Assembly: GCA_963580345.1 (NCBI GenBank)
Contig: CAUZKZ010000001.1
Location: forward strand, 1 to 53,110
Direction: 5' to 3'
From: Verrucomicrobiia bacterium
Lineage (GTDB): Bacteria > Verrucomicrobiota > Verrucomicrobiia > Verrucomicrobiales > Akkermansiaceae
DNA: 53,110 bases
Under the pieces are notes generated by a model. That model was not told the DNA's origin. It ran no database searches and saw only the letters and a program-made list of their open reading frames with translations. Position numbers and translations under genes: made by a program. Below, in pieces: positions 1 through 8,437 of the stretch (positions are counted from its first letter, which is position 1; each line of letters starts with the position of its first letter).

Positions 1-186
1 CCCGGGGGGGCACCCGTGGCGGGGTGCGGGAGGCTCGGGAAAGAGGCGGGAGCCCCTGCCCCGGTCCTGCGGTGAGGCGGGGCGATGGGCGGGCGGAGTT
101 GGGGTGACTGGCGAAGAGAGCGGGGGGGGGTTGGGTGGCTGACGGCCTGACCTGGAAAGCGGGGCATCCGGCCCCGGGAGCACTCC

Positions 187-330
187 TTCCGTGCAACGGA
201 CCGTCGCATGGAGCGTCGAGGCCGAGGCGGGCTACCTGGAGGCTGAAATAGGGCCTCGGAGGCAATCAGGAGAATTTTTCCGTGCAACGGACCATGCAAT
301 AGAACGCGTAATTCCGTGCATTTCCATGCA
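187..330. repeat. Short direct-repeat cluster next to tRNA-Leu: TTCCGTGCAACGGACC x2 (187-202, 278-293) plus 9-nt partial copies TTCCGTGCA (312-320) and TTCCATGCA (322-330)
   Basis: Read directly from the sequence. The two long copies are 16/16 identical. Each copy is followed within a few nt by GCATGG/ATGCA, giving imperfect dyads (TCCGTGC..GCATGGA). The only ORF here (191..379, GTG start) looks spurious. Confidence 0.7.
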
Positions 331-398
331 TCTGAGGCGTAACCAAAGGTGCGCTGGCACGCTCTTCGGTAAATCGTAACTAGCTGATTATAAGTATC

Positions 399-481
399 TA
401 CCGGGAACAGGACTCGAACCTGCACGAGCAATGCTCACCTGATCCTAAATCAGGCGCGTCTACCAATTCCGCCATCCCGGC
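399..481 (-). tRNA. tRNA-Leu, anticodon UAG (type II tRNA with long variable arm)
   Basis: The reverse complement reads GCCGGGA-TG-GCGG-AATTGGTAGA-CGC-G-CCTGA-TTTAGGA-TCAGG-TGAGCATTGCTCGT-GCAGG-TTCGAGT-CCTGT-TCCCGGT-A. It has a 7-bp acceptor stem, a GG in the D-loop, a TTCGAGT T-loop and the anticodon loop TT-TAG-GA. No CCA is encoded. Confidence 0.9.
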
Positions 482-592
482 GATATTTAGCGAGGCTAGG
501 CAGTGGTTGGGAAATGACAACGGGAATTTAACGGAGGCCATCGAGGATTTTCCTGGGCCCTGAACCGACCATCTCCTCCAGGGTGTTCCGGT

Positions 593-1948
593 CTAAGGAG
601 AGACCGGGTTGGAAACCGGGGTGGGTTTGGGGAGCATGGCCGCGCGCCCGACGGAGTAATACTCCAGGCCCTGGTTCATGGCCGTGGTGGGATCGAGGAG
701 ATTGCGGCCGTCGAAGACGAGGGGGGTCCGGAGGCGCTCCCGGATCTCCGCGAGATCAGCGTGGGCGAACTCGGACCATTCGGTGGCAATCACCAACGCT
801 TCGGCTCCATCGAGGCACGAGTACATATCCTCCGCGTAGGTGATGCTGCCCTCCAGGGATCCGAACCGGCGGGCGGTTTCCATCGCTTGAGGATCCCAGG
901 CCGTGATCTCCGCCCCTTCCGAGAGCATCTGCTTGACCAGCTTGATGGCCACGGACTCCCGGACGTCGTCGGTGTTCTGTTTGAACGCCAGGCCCCACAC
1001 CGCGATCTTCTTGTCCTGTAGGACCCAAAGTTTTTCGCGGATCTTGTTCAGGAAGTGAGCCAGCTGGCTCGAGTTGATCTCCTCGACCTGTTTGAGAAGG
1101 TCGAACCGGTATCCCAGCGATTCAGAGATGGCGATGAAGGCCTTGATGTCCTTCGGAAAACAGGAGCCCCCATAACCAAGGCCGGCGTGGAGGAAGGAAC
1201 GCCCGATGCGGGCATCCATTCCTATTCCTTCCGACACTTTCTCGATGTCGGCGCCGGACCGTTCGCAGATGCGGGCGACCGCATTGATGTAGGAAATCTT
1301 CAGAGCGAGGAAGGAGTTGGCGGCATGCTTGATCAATTCGGCGGACTCCACGTCCGTCACCAGGACGGGCGCCATGAAGGGCTCGTAGATCTTCTGCATG
1401 ACGTTCAGGGCCCGGTCGTCGTTGGCCCCAAAGACAATGCGGTCGGGTTCCAGGAGGTCCTTCACGGCACATCCCTCGCGGAGAAACTCGGGGTTTGAAA
1501 CCACGCCGAACTCCACGCCCGGCACCGCATAACGACGGACCGTTTCGTCGACTTTCCGGGCAGTCTTCACCGGGACGGTCGATTTGTCGACGATGACGCG
1601 ATAGCCCAGCTCCGGGGTGAGGGCTTCCGCAATTTCCCGGGCGACCTTTTCAATGAACTGCAGATCCACCGAACCATCCGGTTGCGGCGGGGTGGGAACC
1701 GCGATAAAGATCGCCTCGCCCTCCCGCACGCCTTCCGCGGAGGAAGTGGTGAAGTTCAGGCGATCCGCACTGACGTTCTTGGCCACGAGTTCGGCGAGAC
1801 CCGGCTCGAATATCGGGATCTTCCCATCGAGAAGGGTGTCGATTTTCTCCTCGTCGTTATCGACGCAGGTAACTTCGTGACCGACTTCCGCAAAGCAGGT
1901 GCCGGTTGTGAGCCCGACGTAGCCGGTGCCGATAATGGAGATTTTCAT
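593..1948 (-). CDS. ugd: UDP-glucose 6-dehydrogenase
   Basis: N-terminal Rossmann motif MKISIIGTGYVGL, catalytic-region motif GGSCFPKD and the typical ~450 aa length. Start re-set to the internal ATG at 1946-1948; the track ORF extends to 2017. Confidence 0.9.
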   Translation of the reverse strand: MKISIIGTGYVGLTTGTCFAEVGHEVTCVDNDEEKIDTLLDGKIPIFEPGLAELVAKNVSADRLNFTTSSAEGVREGEAIFIAVPTPPQPDGSVDLQFIEKVAREIAEALTPELGYRVIVDKSTVPVKTARKVDETVRRYAVPGVEFGVVSNPEFLREGCAVKDLLEPDRIVFGANDDRALNVMQKIYEPFMAPVLVTDVESAELIKHAANSFLALKISYINAVARICERSGADIEKVSEGIGMDARIGRSFLHAGLGYGGSCFPKDIKAFIAISESLGYRFDLLKQVEEINSSQLAHFLNKIREKLWVLQDKKIAVWGLAFKQNTDDVRESVAIKLVKQMLSEGAEITAWDPQAMETARRFGSLEGSITYAEDMYSCLDGAEALVIATEWSEFAHADLAEIRERLRTPLVFDGRNLLDPTTAMNQGLEYYSVGRAAMLPKPTPVSNPVSP

Positions 1949-2117
1949 GGTTCCGATAGTGCTGGAATCGTCGTCCGCTTCAAGCAGATGATCACCGGAC
2001 GGGCAACAACACTTCACAACGGTGCTGTGTCGCCCCCGAATAGACCGGATCCCTCCGAAAGGCCACCGAAAGGGAGCCCCGAGATTATCGAGGGTGCCCC
2101 CCAGGACCAGGTGCCGA

Positions 2118-3341
2118 TCAGGGGCTGGCGGGAGGCAGGCCGAGTGACTCGAGACCGGCGGAGCGGCAGGGGAAAGATGCCCCGGATGGGAGAGTTCCCT
2201 TCCTCAGCTCAAGGACGTGGAACCGGGAGCCGAAGAAACCGGGGTGGGTGAGGGTGCGAAACTGCCGGATGAAGGAATCGGGCGGCGGATCGTCGGTGAG
2301 CTCACGCAGGAGCGGGGCGGCGAGGTTGGTGAGGTAGGATTCCTGGCGGGCGAAGCCGTGAGGAATGAGACCGGCGCGTCCCGCGGCCGTGGCCACGGCG
2401 GTGAAGTCGACGTGGGCCGTGATGTCCCGGATCCCCGGGGAGTCGAGAGGATCTTGGCGCGCCTCGTGATGGGCGTAGGTCTGGAGCGTTCCGCCGGTGC
2501 GGTCGGGATGATAGTAGTCGTCGTGCGCGAACCCGTAGTCGATGAAGAGGAAGTGGCCGCGGTCGACCAGGGGCATGAGGCTTTCGAAAAACGGTTCGAG
2601 AACGGAGCAGAGCTCAGTTTGATAACCGTCGGGAAAGTTCGTCCCGAGGGCGGCGACCTGCCTGGCGAGGAGGGGATCCACGATCGGGGCGTCGACCCAG
2701 ATCAGGGATTCATCCTGCAGTCCGACCCGGCGCTCGATCCACGCACCCTCCACAAACCGGATGAGGCGGACCGGAAGGGCATCGAGAACTTCGTTGGCGA
2801 GGACGGCGCCGAACCCGGCGGTGGCTCCGGGCGGCATCCCGATGGCACGGAGATTCGGTTCGCCGGCATCCCCGAAGCGAGCGGCAAGGGCGGCGCGCTT
2901 GCGCGGTGATGGCTCGCAGGCGGCATAGTGAAGGGCGCCATGAAATTGCGGTGAGAGGGCCTGAACCCCCCGCAGGACATCCAGGGCCAGCGAGCCGTCC
3001 TCGGGGCCCAGTTCGAAGAGGTGCATGGTGGCGGGCTGGCCGCCTTCCTGCCAGAGCCGATGGAGGCGCAGGGAGAGGAGCCGGCCGAAGGTTTCGCCCA
3101 CGCTGACATTGGTCGCGAAATCGCCCGCGGTGCCGATTCGCAGGCGGGAGGGGTCGCTGTAATAGCCGTGGTCCTCGTGGTAGAGAGCCAGATCCATGAA
3201 GGATTCGAAGCTCAGCGGGCCCTCGGCGCGGATGCGGGGCCGCAGCACCTCCTCCAATAGAGGGGTTGCCCCGGCGCCGGAAGAGGGGTAAATACCCGGT
3301 GTAGCGCGTTGCGATGTCTGTCTTGGATCCACCGATTCCAT
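2118..3341 (-). CDS. Class I SAM-dependent methyltransferase, MidA/NDUFAF7 (DUF185) family
   Basis: Family-typical motifs: ..GPLSFESFMDLALYHEDHGYY.., LFELGPEDGSLA, ANEVLDALPV. Start uncertain: the ATG at 3339-3341 overlaps the divergent PBP start codon by 2 nt, and a downstream TTG/GTG start is possible. Confidence 0.75.
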   Translation of the reverse strand: MESVDPRQTSQRATPGIYPSSGAGATPLLEEVLRPRIRAEGPLSFESFMDLALYHEDHGYYSDPSRLRIGTAGDFATNVSVGETFGRLLSLRLHRLWQEGGQPATMHLFELGPEDGSLALDVLRGVQALSPQFHGALHYAACEPSPRKRAALAARFGDAGEPNLRAIGMPPGATAGFGAVLANEVLDALPVRLIRFVEGAWIERRVGLQDESLIWVDAPIVDPLLARQVAALGTNFPDGYQTELCSVLEPFFESLMPLVDRGHFLFIDYGFAHDDYYHPDRTGGTLQTYAHHEARQDPLDSPGIRDITAHVDFTAVATAAGRAGLIPHGFARQESYLTNLAAPLLRELTDDPPPDSFIRQFRTLTHPGFFGSRFHVLELRKGTLPSGASFPCRSAGLESLGLPPASP

Positions 3342-5835
3342 GGCGAAAGAGAAAACGAAAAACCGCCGGAAGCATCGATTTTACAAGCGGAAAGGCTTCT
3401 GGATCGTAATCCTCGGGTGCGGCCTCGCGGGATTGATCGCCCTCGCGGTGGTGGACCGACGCCTCCAACCCTACAAGGACCAGGCCGCCGCGATCGACAT
3501 TTCGACCATCGATGACGTCGAGATTCCCAGCATCATCCTGGACCGGAAGGGCAGGGAGATCGGCCGCATGTTCGTCGAGAATCGCAGCAAGATTCCGATC
3601 GAGCGGGTGCCCCAGAAGCTGATCGACGCCCTCCTCGCCCAGGAGGACCAGCGCTTTTTCAAGCACGACGGGGTGGACCGCGTTGGGGTGGCGCGTGCCG
3701 TCTACCTGAACCTGAAGGCCGGAGAAGTGACGCAGGGAGCCAGCACCATTACGATGCAGCTGGCACGCAATGCCTTCGACCTGAAGTCGGCCGCGGAGGA
3801 AAAAAACCAGTCCAGCCTGGAACGCAAGATTGTCGAAGCCTTCCTCGCCCTCCGGATCGAAGCGAAGATTCAGGACCAGATCGCGGCCGAGTTTCCGGAC
3901 CAGGATGCGCGCAAGGAGCAGATGAAGCGAATGGTGCTGGAGTACTACCTGAATCGGATTCCCTTCGGGAGCGGTTTTTACGGAGTGCGCTCGGCCGCCC
4001 TGGGGTACTTTGGGAAGGAACCGATGGCCATGAGCATCGAGGAGTGCGCCTCCCTGGTGGCCTGCGTGAAAAATCCGACCGAGATCTCGCCCCTGCGCAA
4101 TCTGGCCAAGAACCGCAAGGCGCGCGATCACGTCCTGAACCGGATGCGCGACGAAGAAATGATCACGGATTCGGAGTGGATGGCCCTCAGCACCAAGCCG
4201 GTGGTGATCAATCCAAAGCCCTTGCTGAAGGGCAAGTCGCACTTGTACGAAATCGTGGATGACCTCGCGCTCGAGAAGGTTGGGATCGAGGCGATGTCGC
4301 GCGGCGGATTCCGGATCACCACCACAATCGACCGGGAGATTCAGGAGCAGGCCGAGCGCAGTTTGCGGGACCAGTTGGACCGGGCCGAAAAGCAGCCCGG
4401 CTACAACCACCCGCGCCTCGCGAATTTCGAGCCGGCTCCCGGGAAGGTCCCTCCCTACTTGCAGGGTGCGGTGCTCATGATCGACTCCGCGAGCGGGAAC
4501 GTCCTCGGGCACGTCGGTGGCCGTGACTACGCTCAATCGCAGTACGATTTCGTCGTGAATGGCAATCGGCCGTTCGGCACCGCGTTTTTGCCCATGATCT
4601 ACACCGCGGCCCTGGCTGCAGGGCGGCAACCCTGCACGACCGTCAAGGACGAGCCGATGGACAATCGCGCCGTGATGGTGGGAGGACGGGAAGGGATCCT
4701 GGGCGAATGGGGGATGGAGGTTCTCAATCCGCGCCACGAGGGTCGCATCACGAGCCGGCGGGCTCTCGCTTTTTCCAAGATCGCAGCCTCGGTGCGCCTT
4801 GGGCGGGAACTTGGCCTCGAAAAGGTGGCGGAAATGGCGAAGGCCTTCGGACTGCAGGTCGCGGAAGATGAACTGCTCAACCGGATGCTATTGGGCTGGA
4901 ACCTCGTCTCGTTGCCGGACACGGTGCGGGCCTACTCCGCCTACTCTCAGGGGGGCAAGATGCCCACTGCGCTGCGCTACATCGAGCGCATTGAAGACGT
5001 GGACGGAAGCCTCGTCTACGAGGCGCCGGTCGCGAAGGACAAGGTGCGGACCAGGCGCGCTTGTGACGAGATTACGGCCTACCAGATCCACGACATGCTG
5101 CGCGAAGCGGCCCGGAGCGGGAATCTCAAGGAAGAAGCCGGATTGCTCAAGAAGCAGTCCTTTCCCGGAGTGATCAAAACGGGCACCACCCATAGTTTTG
5201 CGGACGGCTGGTGCATCGGGTACAATGGCACGGTCACCCTCGGAATCTGGGTCGGATTCCACCAGGGCGGCAACGACGCGATTTACCCGAACGCGTTCGG
5301 CCGCAGCTTGGCCTTCGAGCCATGGGCGGAGATCATGAACGAGGCCGAGTCCCGCTTTCCGGGCCGGGTCATCGAGCCGCCCTCCTCCCTCGAACCGGTG
5401 AAGGTGTGTTCCGGCTCGGGATTGCTCGCGACGCGCTATTGCTACGAGCCGGTCGATCATCCCGAGCGCGGCGTGAGCTTTCGCTATACGGGGTACACCG
5501 AGCAGCTGCGGCGCGACCGTGAGAAGCTTGGATTGTGCGACATGCACGGCAAGGGCGGAATCGGCACCAACGAAGTTCTCGAACGCTACGGGCCGCAAGC
5601 CATCGACTCCGCGCAGCGCCAGCTACTGGCGGTGGCGCCGATCCTGCCGCAGGCTCCCGCCCTGATCGGGGAGGACCCGTATGATTCGGAGGTGGTCTCG
5701 CTGGATCCGCCCGATGAGGAGATCAGTGTCTTTATCCGGGGACCCAGCCTCTTGCTGGATTCGGAGATCATCGGGGATGGAGAGGCCGGGTTGCGCCTGC
5801 GCCAGCCGAAGAAGATTGAGATCAAAACCGATTGA
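3340..5835 (+). CDS. Class A penicillin-binding protein (GT51 glycosyltransferase + PBP transpeptidase-fold domain); transpeptidase catalytic motifs degenerate
   Basis: N-terminal TM helix. GT51 motifs are present: AQEDQRFFKHDGVD, GASTITMQLARN, RKIVEAFLALRIE. KTGT is retained, but the SxxK position reads G-T-A-F-L-P and SxN reads S-K-I (see finding). Confidence 0.85.
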   Translation: MAKEKTKNRRKHRFYKRKGFWIVILGCGLAGLIALAVVDRRLQPYKDQAAAIDISTIDDVEIPSIILDRKGREIGRMFVENRSKIPIERVPQKLIDALLAQEDQRFFKHDGVDRVGVARAVYLNLKAGEVTQGASTITMQLARNAFDLKSAAEEKNQSSLERKIVEAFLALRIEAKIQDQIAAEFPDQDARKEQMKRMVLEYYLNRIPFGSGFYGVRSAALGYFGKEPMAMSIEECASLVACVKNPTEISPLRNLAKNRKARDHVLNRMRDEEMITDSEWMALSTKPVVINPKPLLKGKSHLYEIVDDLALEKVGIEAMSRGGFRITTTIDREIQEQAERSLRDQLDRAEKQPGYNHPRLANFEPAPGKVPPYLQGAVLMIDSASGNVLGHVGGRDYAQSQYDFVVNGNRPFGTAFLPMIYTAALAAGRQPCTTVKDEPMDNRAVMVGGREGILGEWGMEVLNPRHEGRITSRRALAFSKIAASVRLGRELGLEKVAEMAKAFGLQVAEDELLNRMLLGWNLVSLPDTVRAYSAYSQGGKMPTALRYIERIEDVDGSLVYEAPVAKDKVRTRRACDEITAYQIHDMLREAARSGNLKEEAGLLKKQSFPGVIKTGTTHSFADGWCIGYNGTVTLGIWVGFHQGGNDAIYPNAFGRSLAFEPWAEIMNEAESRFPGRVIEPPSSLEPVKVCSGSGLLATRYCYEPVDHPERGVSFRYTGYTEQLRRDREKLGLCDMHGKGGIGTNEVLERYGPQAIDSAQRQLLAVAPILPQAPALIGEDPYDSEVVSLDPPDEEISVFIRGPSLLLDSEIIGDGEAGLRLRQPKKIEIKTD

Positions 5836-5879
5836 ACCGGACCCCGCAGGCGGGACTGGACGGAGGCAGGGCGTTGAGC

Positions 5880-7076
5880 ATGGAGAATCAGGACGGGGAG
5901 GCGCGAGGGCAGCGGTGGCTGGGCTATTCCTGTCCGGGTTGCCACACCCTCTTTCGGGTGCGGGTCGACAGTGTCGGCAAGCGGGCCGAGTGCCCGAGAT
6001 GCGGTGATATCGTGGAGATTCCCGATGAGGGAGCGACCCCTGCGCCGACCACGCGCGAGAATGAGTTTCGGGAATTCGATGAACTGGCGGGGGGGAAGAA
6101 GGAGCAACCGGGCGCCCCAGGCTCCTCGAGGGTCCGACGAAAGATCAAGAAGAAGGTTAGAAAGAAGATCCACGACGAGGATCCGAAGGAACCGGAGTGG
6201 GAGAAAGACAGGAGACCGAACCACGATCCGCGGAGGACGAGGCGGTCCCTGGTGCTGATCGCAGCGGCAGGACTGCTCATTGCGATCGCAGCCATCGTGG
6301 CCTTGAAGCTCACGACGGGCACCACGGAGGAGCCGGGTGCCACCGGCGGGGAAAAAGTGGAGGATCCCGGTGTCGGCAGACCCGAGAACCAGGATCCCGA
6401 ACTCGCGGATCCGGAGATCGCAAAAGTCGAAATGCAGACTGCAATCCTGGATATCAAGGCGGCCGTGGAAGGGTTCCTGGGTGCGAAGGGGGTGGAGGAG
6501 ATGATGCCGTATGTGCGAACTCTTCCGGGCATGGAGACCCGCATCCGGGAATATTACCAGGGACACCCCCATCAACCGGTGGCGTACCGCACGATCTCCC
6601 CCAAGGGTAAAGTCATGAAGTCCGGCGAGCTCTGGGCCGTGGACATTGTTCTCCAGGACTTCTCGATTCGGCCGATTGCGCTGGAGCGGATGAAGGAGCG
6701 CTACCTGGTGGATTGGGAGAGCTGGATCGGTTACTCCGAGATCCCTTGGGACGATTTCTCCAGGGAGCGGCCCACCGAACCGAAGCTGTTCCGGATCCTG
6801 TTAACTCCGGTGAACTACTACAACTTCGAGTTTTCCGACGAAAAGAAATGGAAGTGTTTCCGAATCGAGTCTCCCGATAAGGGGCACATGTTTTACGGGT
6901 ACGTGCCCCGTTACTCGACCGTGGACAAGAAGCTGACGCCCCTGAATGGGAAGCGTGGCGATCCGAAAACCTTCCTCGTCAAGTTGAGGTATCCCGACCA
7001 CGCGAAATCCCCACAGCAGGTGCTGATAAGCGAGGTGTTGGGATCCGGTTGGGTCATCCCGCCGGAGAAGAAATGA
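5880..7076 (+). CDS. Hypothetical membrane protein: N-terminal zinc ribbon, Lys/Arg-rich linker, one TM helix, ~250-aa C-terminal domain of unknown function
   Basis: CPGC..(17)..CPRC zinc-ribbon motif and TM segment LVLIAAAGLLIAIAAIVALKL, with codon usage like its neighbours. Start could be ATG 5880 or the TTG at 5832, which overlaps the PBP stop codon. Confidence 0.6.
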   Translation: MENQDGEARGQRWLGYSCPGCHTLFRVRVDSVGKRAECPRCGDIVEIPDEGATPAPTTRENEFREFDELAGGKKEQPGAPGSSRVRRKIKKKVRKKIHDEDPKEPEWEKDRRPNHDPRRTRRSLVLIAAAGLLIAIAAIVALKLTTGTTEEPGATGGEKVEDPGVGRPENQDPELADPEIAKVEMQTAILDIKAAVEGFLGAKGVEEMMPYVRTLPGMETRIREYYQGHPHQPVAYRTISPKGKVMKSGELWAVDIVLQDFSIRPIALERMKERYLVDWESWIGYSEIPWDDFSRERPTEPKLFRILLTPVNYYNFEFSDEKKWKCFRIESPDKGHMFYGYVPRYSTVDKKLTPLNGKRGDPKTFLVKLRYPDHAKSPQQVLISEVLGSGWVIPPEKK

Positions 7077-7153
7077 TGTCTATCGACCCCGCCCGGCTCC
7101 GACCGTCCGGTGCGACGAGAGCCCAGAAACAACGCATTTGAGACCTCAACGCC

Positions 7154-8437
7154 GTGGAACTCCTTGATTTTGCAGCCGTCCTGCTCTCCCTCGCAGCAGT
7201 CTTCGGATACATCAACCTGAAGCTCTTCAAGTTGCCCACCACGATCGGCATCATGTTGATCGGGCTGTTGCTGAGTATCCTGCTGCTCGTATTTCGTGGC
7301 GCGGTGCCCATGGTTCCGGAAGCAGCCGACCGCTTCGTGGAATCGATCGACTTCAATGAGGCGCTGATGGAGGGGATGTTGAGTTATCTCCTGTTTGCGG
7401 GAGCCCTGCACGTGAACCTGGGGGACCTGGCGAACCAGAAGAGGCTGGTGGCGCTGCTGGCGAGTTTCGGAGTGGTCCTTTCGACCTTTTTGATTGGAAC
7501 GGCGGCCTTCTTCCTCTTTCCGCTCTTCGGCTTCGATGTCCCCTATATCTGGTGCCTTGTGTTCGGGGCCCTAATTTCGCCTACCGATCCGGTGGCGGTC
7601 ATGGGGATTCTCAAGACCGCGGGGGCGCCGAAGTCCCTTGAAACCAAGATCACGGGCGAGTCGCTCTTCAATGATGGGGTGGGGGTGGTGGTCTACCTGG
7701 CGGTACTTGGCCTGGCCCTGGAAGGTCATGGGGACCACGGCGGCGCCGGCGTCGCGGACATCCTGAAGCTTTTTGCAGTCGAGGCCGGCGGCGGAATGTT
7801 GTGGGGCCTCGCTGTCGGGGCGGTGGCGTACTTCATGTTGCGTTCCATCGACAACTACCAGATTGAGATTCTCATTACCCTGGCCCTCGTGACAGCCGGC
7901 TACCGCCTCGCCTCCTACTGGCACCTGAGCGGACCGCTCGCAATGGTGGTGGCCGGGCTCATGATCGGAAACCACGGGCGCCTCTTCGCGATGAGCGATA
8001 CGACGCGGGAGCACCTTGATACGTTCTGGGAACTGGTCGATGAGATTCTCAACGCGATTCTCTTTCTCTTGATCGGTCTGGAGTTATTCGTGCTCGAACT
8101 TTCCGGGCGGGCTCTTATGGCGGGGGCCATTCTGGTGGCGGTCGTCCTCGGCGCCCGTTTCATTGCAGTCTCCATCCCGGTAGCGGTCCTGAAGAAAAGG
8201 CGCACGTTTACGCCGGGGGTGGTGCGGATCCTGACGTGGGGCGGATTGCGGGGCGGAATCTCGGTGGCCCTGGCGCTTGGAATTCCGAAAGCGGCGGAGC
8301 ATGCCGAATCGCGAAACGTGATCCTGGTTGCGACCTACGTGATCGTGGTCTTTTCGATCGCGGTCCAGGGCCTGACTCTCAAGCCGTTGGTGGCGAGAGT
8401 GTTGAGGAGGGAGAAGGCTGATTCACCGGAGGCCTGA
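7154..8437 (+). CDS. nhaP: Na+/H+ (cation:proton) antiporter, CPA1/NhaP type
   Basis: About 11-12 predicted TM helices, the SPTDPVAV motif and FNDG, typical of NhaP/CPA1. GTG start. Confidence 0.8.
   Translation: MELLDFAAVLLSLAAVFGYINLKLFKLPTTIGIMLIGLLLSILLLVFRGAVPMVPEAADRFVESIDFNEALMEGMLSYLLFAGALHVNLGDLANQKRLVALLASFGVVLSTFLIGTAAFFLFPLFGFDVPYIWCLVFGALISPTDPVAVMGILKTAGAPKSLETKITGESLFNDGVGVVVYLAVLGLALEGHGDHGGAGVADILKLFAVEAGGGMLWGLAVGAVAYFMLRSIDNYQIEILITLALVTAGYRLASYWHLSGPLAMVVAGLMIGNHGRLFAMSDTTREHLDTFWELVDEILNAILFLLIGLELFVLELSGRALMAGAILVAVVLGARFIAVSIPVAVLKKRRTFTPGVVRILTWGGLRGGISVALALGIPKAAEHAESRNVILVATYVIVVFSIAVQGLTLKPLVARVLRREKADSPEA

Noticed and set aside
191-379. 62-aa ORF covering the direct-repeat cluster near the tRNA
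   Set aside because: It has a GTG start and no codon bias. Its reading frame is produced by the repeats themselves, and it has no motif.
399-481. A genomic island or prophage integrated at tRNA-Leu
   Set aside because: There is no integrase, no direct repeat of the tRNA 3' end and no phage or IS genes in the available flank. The neighbouring gene on the right is core (ugd). The left side is cut by the window edge, so the question stays open only as a low-interest finding.
2710-4737. 675-aa ORF antisense to the PBP gene. Similar very long antisense ORFs occur at 23525..25570 (681 aa), 27243..29204 (653 aa), 32934..34979 (681 aa), 34919..36973 (684 aa), 14510..16183 (557 aa), 10017..11177, 44295..45665 and 41514..42584.
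   Set aside because: Each lies opposite a gene with unmistakable conserved motifs. Their translations are Arg/Gly/Pro/Ala/Val-rich low-complexity sequences without motifs. Stop-free antisense frames are expected in GC-rich DNA with high GC3.
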